From: Mobula hypostoma
Lineage: Eukaryota
Length of the DNA: 64,000 nucleotides
Reading direction: 5' to 3'
Assembly: GCF_963921235.1 (NCBI RefSeq)
Contig: NC_086097.1
Location: 179,306,001 to 179,370,000 of the forward strand
Shown: positions 13,825 through 26,027 of the stretch, piece after piece
Numbering within the stretch: the stretch's first letter is position 1
How the letters are laid out: every line of letters begins with the position of its first letter
Position numbers and translations under genes: made by a program
Notes under the pieces: model-generated
Told to the model about the DNA's origin: nothing
Databases searched by the model: none
The model's input: the letters and a program-made list of their open reading frames with translations, nothing else

Positions 13825-14150
13825 TATAACCATATAACAATTACAGCACGGAAACAGGCCATCTCGGCCCTTCTAGTCCGTGCCGAGCTCTTACCCTCTC
13901 CTAGTCCCACTGACCTGCACTCAGCCCATAACCCTCCATTCCTTCCCTGTCCACATATCTATCCAATTTAACTTTAAATGACAACATCGAACCTGCCTCA
14001 ACCACTTCTGCTGGAAGCTCGTTCCACACAGCTACCCCTCTCTGAATAAAGAAGTTCCTCCTCATATTACCCCTAAACTTTTGCCCTTTAACTCTCAACC
14101 CATGTCCTCTTGTTTGAATCTTCCCCACTCTGAATGGAAAAAGCTTAACT
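13825..14150 (-). mobile_element. CR1 3' end
   Basis: TRGHGLRVKG...RNFFIQR...WNELP motif and CR1 tail. Confidence 0.85.
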
Positions 14151-14344
14151 ACGTCAATATGATATGTTGACAAAAGAAATTTAAAGTTACTGACCTTCTC
14201 CACCTCCAATCCTCCACTGAGGACTGGCTCATTTACCTCCAGCTTCCTCCTCCTCTTGTCAATAATTATCTCTTTGCTTGTGATTTTGAAAGGATCTGCA
14301 GTGAAATTCGGCACCATCCATGACAAAGGAGACACTGGACTGGT

Positions 14345-17300
14345 ACACCATCGTGTACCCTCACTCTCATTCTCCCCACCATTCCCAACCCTCACTCTCA
14401 TTCTCCCCACCATTCCCAACCCTCACTCTCATTCCCCCCACCATTCCCAACCCTCACCCTCACTCTCATTCTCCCCACCATTCCCAACCCTCACTCTCAT
14501 TCTCCCCACCATTCCCAACCCTCACTCTCATTCTCCCCACAATTCCAAACCCTCACTCTCATTCTCCCCACCATTCCCAACCCTCACTCTCATTCTCCCC
14601 ACCATTCCCAACCCTCACTCTCATTCTCATTCTCCCCACCATTCCCAACCCTCACTCTCATTCTCCCCACCATTCCCAACCCTCACTCTCATTCTCCCCA
14701 CCATTCCCAACCCTCACCCTCACTCTCATTCTCCCCACCATTCCCAACCCTCACTCTCATTCTCCCCACCATTCCCAACCCTCACTCTCATTCTCCCCAC
14801 CATTCCCAACCCTCACTCTCGTTCTCGTTCTCCCCACCATTCCCAACCCTCACCCTCACTCTCATTCTCCTCACCATTCCCAACCCTCACCCTCACTCTC
14901 ATTCTCCCCACCATTCCCAACCCTCACTCTCACTCTCATTCTCCCCACCATTCCCAACCCTCACCCTCACTCTCATTCTCTACACCATTCCCAACCCTCA
15001 CTCTCATTCTCCCCACCATTCCCAACCCTCACTCTCATTCTCACCACCATTCCCAACCCTCACCCTCACTTTCATTCTCCCCACCATTCCCAACCTTAAC
15101 TCTCATTCTCCCCACCATTCCCAACCCTGACCCTCACTCTCCCCACCATTCCCAACCCTCACTCTCATTCTCCCCACCATTCTCAACCCTCACTCTCATT
15201 TTCCCCACCATTCCCAACCCTCACCCTCACTCTCATTCCCCCACCATTCCCAACCCTCACTCTCATTCTCCCCACCATCGTGTACCCTCACTCTCATTCT
15301 CCCCACCATTCCCAACCCTCACTCTCATTCTCCCCACTATTCCCAACCCTCACTCTCATTCTCCCCACCATTCCCAACCCTCACTCTCATTCTCCCCACT
15401 ATTCCCAACCCTCACTCTCATTCTCCCCACCATTCCCAACCCTCACCCTCACTCTCATTCTCCCTACTATTCCCAACCCTCACTCTCATTCTCCCCACCA
15501 TTCCCAACCCTCACCCTCACTCTCATTCTCTCCACCATTCCCAACCCTCACTCTCATTCTCCCCACCATTCCCAACCCTCACTCTCATTCTCTGCACCAT
15601 TCCCAACCCTCACCCTCACTCTCCCCACCATTCCCAACCCTCACTCTCATTCTCCCCACCATTCCCAACCCTCACTCTCGTTCTCCCCACCATTCCCAAC
15701 CCTCACCCTCACTCTCATTCCCCCACCATTCCCAACCCTCACTCTCATTCTCCCCACCATCGTGTACCCTCACTCTCATTCTCTCCACCATTCCCAACGC
15801 TCACGCTCATTCTCCCCACCATTCCCAACCCTCACCCTCACTCTCATTCTCCCCACCATTCCCAACCCTCACTCTCATTCTCCCCACCATTCCCAACCCT
15901 CACTCTCATTCTCCCCACCATTCCCAACCCTCACCCTCACTCTCATTCTCCCCACCATTTCCAACCCTCACTCTCATTCTGCCCACCATTCCCAACCCTC
16001 ACTCTCATTCTCCCCACCATTCCCAACCCTCACCCTCACTCTCATTCTCTCCACCATTCCCAACCCTCACTCTCATTCTCCCCACCATTCCCAACCCTCA
16101 CTCTCATTCTCCCCACCATTCCCAACCCTCACTCTCATTCTCTCCACCATTCCCAACCCTCACTCTCATTCTCCCCACCATTCCCAATCCTCACCCTCAC
16201 TTTCATTCTCCCCACCATTTCCATCCCTCACTCTCATTCTGCACACCATTCCCAACCCTCACTCTCATTCTCCCCAGCATTCCCAACCCTCACCCTCACT
16301 CTCATTCTCTCCACCATTCCCAACCCTCACTCTCATTCTCCCCACCATTCCCAACCCTCACTCTCATTCTCCCCACCATTCCCAACCCTCACTCTCATTC
16401 TCCCCACCATTCCCAAGCCTCACTCTCATTCTCCCCACCATTCCCAACCCTCACCCTCACTTTCATTCTCCCCACCATTCCCAACCCTCACCCTCACTCT
16501 CATTCTCCCCACCATTCCCAACCCTCACCCTCACTCTCATTCTCTCCACCATTCCCAACCCTCACTCTCATTCTCCCCACCATTCCCAACCCTCACCCTC
16601 ACTCTCATTCTCCCCACCATTCCCAACCCACGCTCTCATTCTCCCCACCATTCCCAACCCTCACCCTCACTCTCCCCACCATTCCCAACCCTCACCCTCA
16701 CTCTCATTCCCCCACCATTCCCAACCCTCACTCTCATTCTCCCACCATTCCCAACCCTCACTCTCATTCTCCCCACCATCGTGTACCCTCACTCTCATTC
16801 TCTCCACCATTCCCAACCCTCACTCTCATTCTCCCCACCATTCCCAACCCTCACCCTCACTCTCATTCTCCCCACCATTCCCAACCCTCACTCTCATTCT
16901 CCCCACCATTCCCAACCCTCACCCTCACTTTCATTCTCCCCACCATTCCCAACCCTCACTCTCATTCTCCCCACCATTCCCAACCCGCACCCTCACTCTC
17001 CCCACCTTTCCCAACCCTCACTCTCATTCTCCCCACCATTCCCAACCCTCACCCTCACTTTCATTCCCCCACCATTCCCAACCCTCACTCTCATTCTCCC
17101 CACCATTGTGTACCTTCACTCTCATTCTCTCCACCATTCCCAACCCTCACTCTCATTCTCCCCACCATCGTGTACCCTCACTCTCATTCTCTCCACCATT
17201 CCCAACCCTCACTCTCATTCTCCCCACCATTCCCAACCCTCACTCTCATTCTCCCCACCATTCCCAACCCTCACCCTCACTCTCATTCTCTCCACCATTC

Positions 17301-19443
17301 CCAACCCTCATTCTCATTCTCCCTACCATTCCCAACCCTCACCCTCACTCTCCCCACCATTCCCAACCCTCACTCTCATTCTCCCCACCATTCCCAATCC
17401 TCACTCTCATTCACCCCACCATTCCCAACCCTCACCCTCACTCTCATTCCCCCACCATTCCCAACCCTCACTCTCATTCTCCCCACCATCGTGTACCCTC
17501 ACTCTCATTCTCTCCACCATTCCCAACCCTCACTCTCATTCTCCCCACCATTCCCAACCCTCACTCTCATTCTCTCCACCATTCCCAACCCTCACCCTCA
17601 CTCTCATTCTCTCCACCATTCCCAACCCTCAGTCTCATTCTCCCCACTATTCCCAACCCTCACTCTCATTCTCCCCACCATTCCCAACCCTCACTCTCAT
17701 TCTCCCCACTATTCCCAACCCTCACTCTGATTCTCCCCACCATTCCCAACCCTCGCCCTCACTCTCATTCTCCCCACCATTCCCAACCCTCACTCTCATT
17801 CTCCCCACCATTCCCAACCCTCACTCTCATTCTCCCCACCATTCCCAACCCTCACTCTCACTCTCATTCTCTCCACCATTCCCAAGCCTCACTCTCATTC
17901 TCCCCACCATTCCCAACCCTCACTCTCATTCTCTCCACCATTCCCAACCCTCACTCTCATTCTCTGCACCATTCCCAACCCTCACTCTCACTCTCATTCT
18001 CCCCACCATTCCCAACACTCACTCTCATTCTCCCCACCATTCCCAACCATCACTCTCATTCTCCCCACCATTCCCAACCCTCACCCTCACTCTCATTCTC
18101 CCCACCATTCCCAACCCTCACTCTCATTCTCCCCACCATTCCCAACCCTCACTCGCATTCTCCCCACCATTCCCAACCCTCACTCTCATTCTCCCCACCA
18201 TTCCCAACCCTCACCCTCACTCTCATTCTCCCCACCATTTCCAACCCACACTCTCATTCTCCCCACCATTCCCAACCCTCACTCTCATTCTCCCCAACAT
18301 TCCCAACCCTCAGTCTCATTCTCCCCACCATTCCCAACCCTCACTCTCATTCTCCCCACCATTCCCAACCCTCACTCTCATTCTCCCCACCATTCCCAAC
18401 CCTCACTCTCACTCTCATTCTCTCCACCATTCCCAAGCCTCACTCTCATTCTCCCCACCATTCCCAACCCTCACTCTCACTCTCATTCTCCCCACCATTC
18501 CCAACACTCACTCTCATTCTCCCCACCATTCCCAACCATCACTCTCATTCTCCCCACCATTCCCAACCCTCACCCTCACTCTCATTCTCCCCACCATTCC
18601 CAACCCTCACTCTCATTCTCCCCACCATTCCCAACCCTCACTCGCATTCTCCCCACCATTCCCAACCCTCACTCTCATTCTCCCCACCATTCCCAACCCT
18701 CACCCTCACTCTCATTCTCCCCACCATTTCCAACCCACACTCTCATTCTCCCCACCATTCCCAACCCTCACTCTCATTCTCCCCAACATTCCCAACCCTC
18801 AGTCTCATTCTCCCCACCATTCCCAACCCTCACTCTCATTCTCCCCACCATTCCCAACCCTCACTCTCATTCTCTCCACCATTCCCGACCCTCACTCTCA
18901 CTCTCATTCTCCGCACCATTCCCAACCCTCACCCTCACTCTCATTCTCCCCACCATTCCCAACCCTCACTCTCATTCTCCCCACCATTCCCAACCTTCAC
19001 CCTCACTCTCATTCTCCCCACCATTCCCAACCCTCACTCTCATTCTCCCCACCATTCCCAACCCTCACTCTCATTCTCCCCACCATTCCCAACCTTCACT
19101 CTCATTCTCCCCACCATTCCCAACCCTCATTCTCATTCTCCCCTCCATTCCCAACCCTCACTCTCATTCTCCCCACCATTCCCAACCCTCATTCTCATTC
19201 TCTCCACCATTCCCAACCCTCACCCTCTCTCTCATTCTCCCCACCATTCCCAACCCTCATTCTCATTCTCCCCACCATTCCCAACCCTCACTTTCATTCT
19301 CCCCACCATTCCCAACCCTCACTCTCATTCTGCCCACCATTCCCAAACCTCACTCTCATTCTCCCCACCATTCCCAACCCTCACTCTCATTCTCTCCACC
19401 ATTCCCAACCCTCACTCTCATTCTCTCCGCCATTCCCAACTCA
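14345..19443. repeat. 5.1-kb minisatellite, 31-bp unit ccctcactctcattctccccaccattcccaa with 25/29/37-bp variants
   Basis: Directly visible tandem array. C-rich plus strand, G-rich minus strand. Confidence 0.98.
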
Positions 19444-21469
19444 GTGCCTTGATTGATGCCCAGTGAGTCAAAAGCCTTCCTCACCACTTTGTCTACCTGA
19501 GTGCCACTTTCAGGGAACCATGTACTTGTACTTCTAGGGCCTTCTGTTCTACAATACTCCCTGGGACACCACCATTGACTGTGGAAGCCCTGCCCCAATT
19601 TTTCTTCCCAAAATGCAGCGTCTCGTGTTTAAACTCGTATTTGCTGTTCCTTGGCCCACCAACCCAGCTGATCAAGATCCCTCTGATTCCATACCAAGCT
19701 GTGATACAGGAAGGGGGTTTCGACTGAATTCCTCTTGAGTTTTGTGGTAGCTTCCTTAGACTGAAAATCCTTCAGATACACTTCCCCCATGTGAGAACGC
19801 ATTCTCCCTGCACTCACTCCATCAGTCTGAGGAATCGGGACTGTGGTCTCTCTGTGTCCTTCACTTTCACTCAGTCGAGCAAGTGCACTAGATTCTACAA
19901 TTCAAAAACATTAAACTTGTGTATGCTTTTTATAGGGTGAGTGGCTTTAATTTCCTGGGTGTTAATATCTCAGGGATTTGTCCCGTGCCCAGTGTATTGA
20001 TGCAGTCGTGATGCAGTGGCTCTTTTGAGGAGATTTGGTAGGTCACTGAAGACCTGCACATTTCTACAGATGTACAGTGGAGAGCATTTTGACCGGTTGC
20101 ATTACGACCTGATATGGAGGCTTCAATGTCTGGCATAGCAAGGGACTGCGAAGGTTTGTAGAGTTAGCCAGGTCCATCACAAGTTCCACCCCCCCACCCC
20201 CACACCATCAAGAGCAACTTCAAGAGGTGGTGACTCAAGAAGGGGGCATATATACCCTCACCAGCTGGGACTTTCCTTATTCTCATTGCTACCATCAGGG
20301 AGGAGGTACCGGAGCCTGAGACCAACACTCAGTGATTCAGGAGCAGTCCTTTCCCTCTGCTGTCAGATTATGAATGGCCCATGAACATTACCTCGCCAAT
20401 CCTGTTGTTTTTGCACTATTTATGTATTTTGTAATTTATAGTAATTTTAGGCCGCCACAAAAAGTACGACACAAGTAATGAGTGGATCTGCAGGGAGTAG
20501 CACTCTGCGTTGAGGTGAAGTTTACATCGTCTAAGTCAGTGGCAATAGGCCTGACTCTAATTCTGAATCTTGGTTTCCTGCTGAAGTATCTCGAGTGGAG
20601 ACTTGAAACCTCACATCACTCAGGCAATAGGATCTACTACAGAACCAAGTCTGTTAGACCGACAGCCCTGGTAGCAGGTGCCTTTCACGTCATGACTTGT
20701 GTAGATGTGTCCATTAGGACAGAGGTTGTCCATTGCTGTTCATTGTTCTATCTTCTACTCACAGACGGTGCAGAGCTGCCATCAGAAGGTGGAGAAGGAG
20801 GTTTCCAACTTGCTCTCCCTGGTTGGTGGTCCGGAGTTTATAAAAGGTAATGAAGTTTTTCACAACTACACTTACATCTTTTGGAGAACCACGTTCTGCA
20901 AATGCTAGAATGTGGAGCAATAAGCAAACTATTGGAGGAACTTGGCAGGTCAGGAAACATTTGTGCAGAGAAACGGGCAGCAGATGCTTCAGTTTGAGGT
21001 TTGACGCAGGTTTTCATTCCAAAATATCAATCATTTCTCTACCACCACAGGTTCTGCTCGACCCGCTAAGTTCCCCTAGGGGTCTGTTTTTTGTTCAGTG
21101 TGTGGCTGCCCTTGTCTTCAGTGTTAAAGTGAATCAGAATCACTGACAAACGTCGTGAAATCTGTTTTGCGGCAGCATTACAGTGCAAGGCGTAGGTTAT
21201 AAAACTAATAACGTGAAGGAGGAATAATGAGGTGGTGTTCATAGACCATTCAGAAATCTGATGGTGGAGGAGAAGTTGTTCCTGAATAATTGACTGTGCC
21301 CGCAATGCTCCTATACCTCTTCCCTGATGGTAGTAATGAGAAGGGGGTGTATCCCGCACGGTGAGGGTCCTTCATTGGATGCCGCCTTGAGACACTGCCT
21401 CTAGAAGATGCCCTTGATGGTGAGGAGGGATGTGCCTGTGACGAAGCTGGCTGAGTCTGCAACCGCCCG

Positions 21470-21730
21470 AGCTGTTTGCGATCCTGTGCACTGCGACCCT
21501 CTGCAGCCGTTTGCGATCCTGTGCACTACAACCCTCTGCAGCCGTTTGCGGTCCTGTGCATTACAAATCTCTGCAGCCGTTTGCGGTGCTGTGCACTACA
21601 ACCCTCTGCAGCCGTTTGCGATCCTGTGCATTACAACCCTCTGCAGCCGTTTGCGGTGCTGTGCATTACAAATCTCTGCAGCTGTTTGCGATGCTGTGCT
21701 CTACAACCCTCTGGAGCCGTTTGCGAACCT
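21470..21730. repeat. 35-bp minisatellite (~7 copies) inside a Rex1/Babar-like LINE 3' fragment
   Basis: gccgtttgcgatcctgtgcactacaaccctctgca at 35-bp spacing (21506, 21541, ...). Flanked on both sides by minus-strand Rex-like sequence. Confidence 0.9.
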
Positions 21731-22589
21731 GCCTCCATACCGGGCTTTGACGCAACCGGTCAGAATGCTTTTCATTGTACACCTGCACCTGTTGAAGTCT
21801 GTACAAATCTCTGGTGACATGCCAGATCTCTTCAAACTCCTAATAAAGCAGAGCCGCTGGCTGTCGTCTTTGTGATTACTTCTGTGTGTTGGTCTCGGTA
21901 CAGATCTTCCAAGCTGTTGATGCCCTGTGTTGGGTACATGTTGTCTTTGTACCCACAGCACAGCCAGTTCTCAGCTCTGGTCTAATGGTTGGTATTATCA
22001 GCATGGAGTGCTCCCCAGTCTAGGATTTTCATGGACCCTCCACACTGCAGTGTTAGAACGTAGAACAGTACAGCACAGGAACAGGCCCTTCAGCCCAACA
22101 TATCTGTGCTGACTGTGATGCCAATTTAAACCAATCTCATCTGCCTGTGTATGATCCCTGCCTGTTCATGTGGCTGTCTAAATACCTCTCAAATATTTAT
22201 ATTGGATCTGCTTCTACCATCTCACCTGGTCACACATTTCACGTACCCACCACTCCCTGTATTTAAAAAATATCTCATAAACTTTAAACTTTCCCCCCTC
22301 ACCTGATAAAAAAGCCTGAAAGCACATATCACCAGGGTCAAGGAGAGCTTTTACCCTACTGTTATAAGATGGACTGTTGAGCTCACAATCTACCTTGCTA
22401 TGATCTTGCACCTTATTGTCTGCCTGTATTGCAATTTCTCTATAATTGTAACACTTTATTCTGCATTCTGTTATTGTTTTCCCAAATGCACTGTGTAATG
22501 AATTGATCTGTGTGAATAGTACGCAAGACTAGGTTTTCACTGTGTCACGGTACATGTGCAATAGTAAATCAATTCCAATTGAAAATTAT

Positions 22590-22906
22590 TTTATTTAGAG
22601 ATACAGAGCTGAATAAGCCCTACTGGCCCTTCGAGTCACACTGCGAAGGAGCCCCTGACAGCCCTGATTTAAACCTAATCAGGTCACGGGATAACTTACA
22701 ATCACCAGACTTGGATGCAACCAGTCAGAATGCTTTTCTCTGTATTTTTGGATTGTCGGAGGAAACCAGAGGACCCAGAGAAAGCCTACACATTCCATGG
22801 GGAAGGCTTACAGAGACTCCTATAGAGGACACTGGGATTGAACTCCCGACTCTGATGCCCCGAGCTCGAATAGTGTTGAGCTAACCACTACGCTACTGTG
22901 GCACCC
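22590..22906 (-). mobile_element. V-SINE (HE1-like), degenerate
   Basis: Reverse-complement V-domain (ggaggaaaccagaggacccagagaaa) and tRNA-like head (ctaaccactacgctactgtggcaccc). Confidence 0.65.
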
Positions 22907-25392
22907 TTACTCTAGTGTTCAGCACAGTGGAAAAAGAGACACTGACGTTCTACCATGTCTATGCCTCGTGTAATTTGAAAAGTCTCTTATCAGATCTCCT
23001 CTCAGCCTCCTACACTTCAGGAAAAACAGCCTAAATTGGCTCAGCCTCTACCGCTAGCTAATCGGTAGTGGAGATGGGCTACCTGTGTCTCTCCTCTCCC
23101 TCGTGGAATCGTGCAGCACAGAAAGAAACCACTCATCCCTTTGAGGGTATCTGTTAGAGAGGGCCGAGTCCATAACTCACTGAAAGTGGCTGCATGTGTC
23201 AATACAGCATCAAAGCATGTTTGCCTTTATCAGTTGAAGCTTTGTGTTCAAGAGTCAGGAAGTTATGTTGCAGCTTTAAAAAACTGGATTAGATTGTAAA
23301 ATCTGGTTAAATTGTCTGATTGTAAAACACTTATGTTCTGGTCGCCCCACTGTAGGAAGGATGTGGAGGCTTTGGAGAGGGTGCAGAAGAGGTTCACTGG
23401 GATGAACATAGAAGGTTCTGGAAGAACTCGGGGTTAGGCAGCATCTATGAAGGCTATCAGATGGTCAATATTTCAGGTTGACATCCTTCATCAGGACTTG
23501 CCAAGATGTTGCCTGGATTAGATGATATGAGGTATAAAAAGAGGTTGGACACCGGTGCGGTGGAGGATGAGGGGGAGACCTGATTGATGTTTATAAGATT
23601 ATGAGAGGCAGAGATAGGGCAGACAATTAGAATCTTTCTCCCAGGGTAAAAATGTATTTAAGAGGACGTAGCTTTAAGGTAAGAAGGGGAATGTTTAAAG
23701 ATGATTAGCTTTTGTTCTTACACAGTGGTGAGTAGTGGTGGAAGCAAATACAATTGTGGTGTTGAAGAGGCTTTAGGCACATGAATGTGGATCGTGTCCG
23801 CACTGCTGGGATTACTTAGGTGTCATTAACTTAATTTGTTTGACATAAGATGATGAGCCAAAGGGCTTCTTTCTGTGCTGTTCTGATCTATGTTCTATCA
23901 TTCAGATAGCACCACCCCCCCCCAGCTCTCTGTCAAGACACAAAGTATTGATGGTCACATGTACCAAGATACAGTGAAAAGCTTGTCTTGTGTACTGTGT
24001 ATACAGATCAAATCATTATATAGTGGATTGAGTGAGAATAAGGTAAAACAATAACAATGCAGAATAAAACTGCTGAAAAAATGCGATGCAGTTAAACAAT
24101 AAAGCGCAAGATCATAATGAGGTAGATTGTGAGACCGAGGCCCAAGAAGTAGTTGCAAAGATCTCATGGAACCCTTCTGAAAGAAAGCAGGAGATGACGT
24201 GGGGGGCGGGGGGAAGAGTTGGGGGGAGTGCACAGGAAGATCCCTTCGTACTGTACTCTCTCAGCAATGTGGTGCATGTGTCAGCTGAGGTTTCTAGACA
24301 GGGATTTCCTTCTATCTCAGAGTGGAACCCCTCAGTGGCTGGTATGCAGGCCAGTGGAGAGAGGATGGGACTGGAGATGGGCTAGTGTGAGCTAGATAGG
24401 GGTCTCTGTGTCAATGATTCCAGTAATTCATTTGATTTGACGATCCCAGTCATGTCTTTAAAGAAGATGATTATTTAAGATTGTTGTTTATTTTCCAGCT
24501 TTTAAAACTAGGAAATAAGCCTTGCTTATGGAAGTGAACACACTCATTATATTGTGTTCAGTCCTGTTTCCCTCATAGGAAGGATGTGAAAGTTTTAGAG
24601 AGGGTGCAGAGGAGGTTTACCAGGATACTGCCTGGATTAGAGAGCATGTCTTATGAGGAAAGGTTGAGCGAGCTAGGTCTTCCTGGAGTGGAGGCTGGGA
24701 GGTAACTTGATAGGGGTGTATAAAATAATAAGAGACATAGATAAAGGAGCAAACAGAGATTTTATCCAGGGGTGAAAATGGCTAATACAAGAGGCCATAA
24801 TTTTAAGGTGATTGGAGGAATGTATGGGCTGGATGTCAGAAGTAGGCTTTTTACACGGAGTGGTGGTTGCATGGAACTCGCTGTTAGGGGTGATGGGAAA
24901 GGTAAGGGTTAGCTTGACCTTAGAGTAGGCTAAAAGGTTGTTACAACATTGTGGGCTGAAGGGCCTGTACTGTGATGTGTTGTTCAATGTTTTATGTTCT
25001 ATTATTCCCTCCTCCTCCTGCATATAAATGATCCAGAGAGCTGGAACTAATTTAAATGCGGACATAAAAGTCTTGAAGCTCAAGATAAAGATGCTTCAGT
25101 ATTCTGAAAGGATATTTATTAGGAGCTAATCTTGAAGTGAGACCTGTGTGCTGTTCCTAGGTTTGAAGTGTTATGCATAAGATACCTTTGGTTTGAAGGT
25201 ATGCTGTGGTCTATCAGGATGTTTTAAAGTGCAATTAAAATTTAGTTCTCTGCTGATTTTACTTGTTCTTGTTGAAAACGTGTCTTTAATTGATGTGCTG
25301 AGGGATCTTGGGGTCTAAGTCTGTAGATGCTTGCAGTTCTGGCCAGAATGGTTACCAAACCCAGTCGTAATACATTAGGATAGGATGGTTTC

Positions 25393-26027
25393 TAGTCATA
25401 GTCATAGTCATACTTTATTGATCCCGGGTGAAATTGGTTTTCGTTACAGTTGCACCATAAATAATAAATAGTAATAGAACCATAAATAGTTAAATAGTAA
25501 TATGTAAATTATGCCAGTAAACTATGAAATAAGTCCAGGACTCAGCCTATTGGCTCAGGGTGTCTGACCCTCCAAGGGAGGAGTTGTAAAGTTTGATGGC
25601 CACAGGCAGGAATGACTTCCTATGATGCTCTGTGTTGCATCTCGGTGGAATGAGTCTCTGGCTGAATGTACTCCTGTGCCCACCCAGTACATTATGTAGT
25701 GGATGGGAGACATTGTCCAAGATGGCATGCAACTTCGACAGCATCCTCTTTTCAGACACCACCGTGAGAGAGTTCAGTTCCATCCACACAGCATCACTGG
25801 CCTTACGAATGAGTTTGTTGATTCTGTTGGTGTCTGCTACCCTCAGCCTGCTGCCCCAGCACACAACAGCAAACATGATAGCACTGGCCACCACAGACTC
25901 GTAGAACATCCTCAGCATCGTCCGACAGATGTTAAAGGACCTCAGTCTCCTCAGGAAGTAGAGATGGCTCTGTCCCTTCTTGTAGACAGCCTCAGTGTTC
26001 TTTGACCAGTCCAGTTTATTGTCAATT
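25393..26027 (-). mobile_element. Rex1/Babar-like LINE 3' end, well preserved
   Basis: NKLDWSKNTEAVYKKGQSHLYFLRRLRSFNI...RKSFLPVAIKLYN. Short tandem tail (catagt)n on the plus strand. Confidence 0.85.

Noticed and set aside
14256..19466. ORFs of 1736, 891, 816 and 259 aa rich in P/S/H/T/L
   Set aside because: By-product of a stop-free 31-bp tandem repeat. All three frames give the same low-complexity peptide.
21470..21730. CRISPR-like array (35-bp period)
   Set aside because: Head-to-tail repeats with no unique spacers, no cas genes, and a vertebrate context.
23117..23146. 30-nt AG/GT-bounded micro-exon
   Set aside because: Frame is ambiguous, there is no convincing homology, and it is flanked by CR1 debris.
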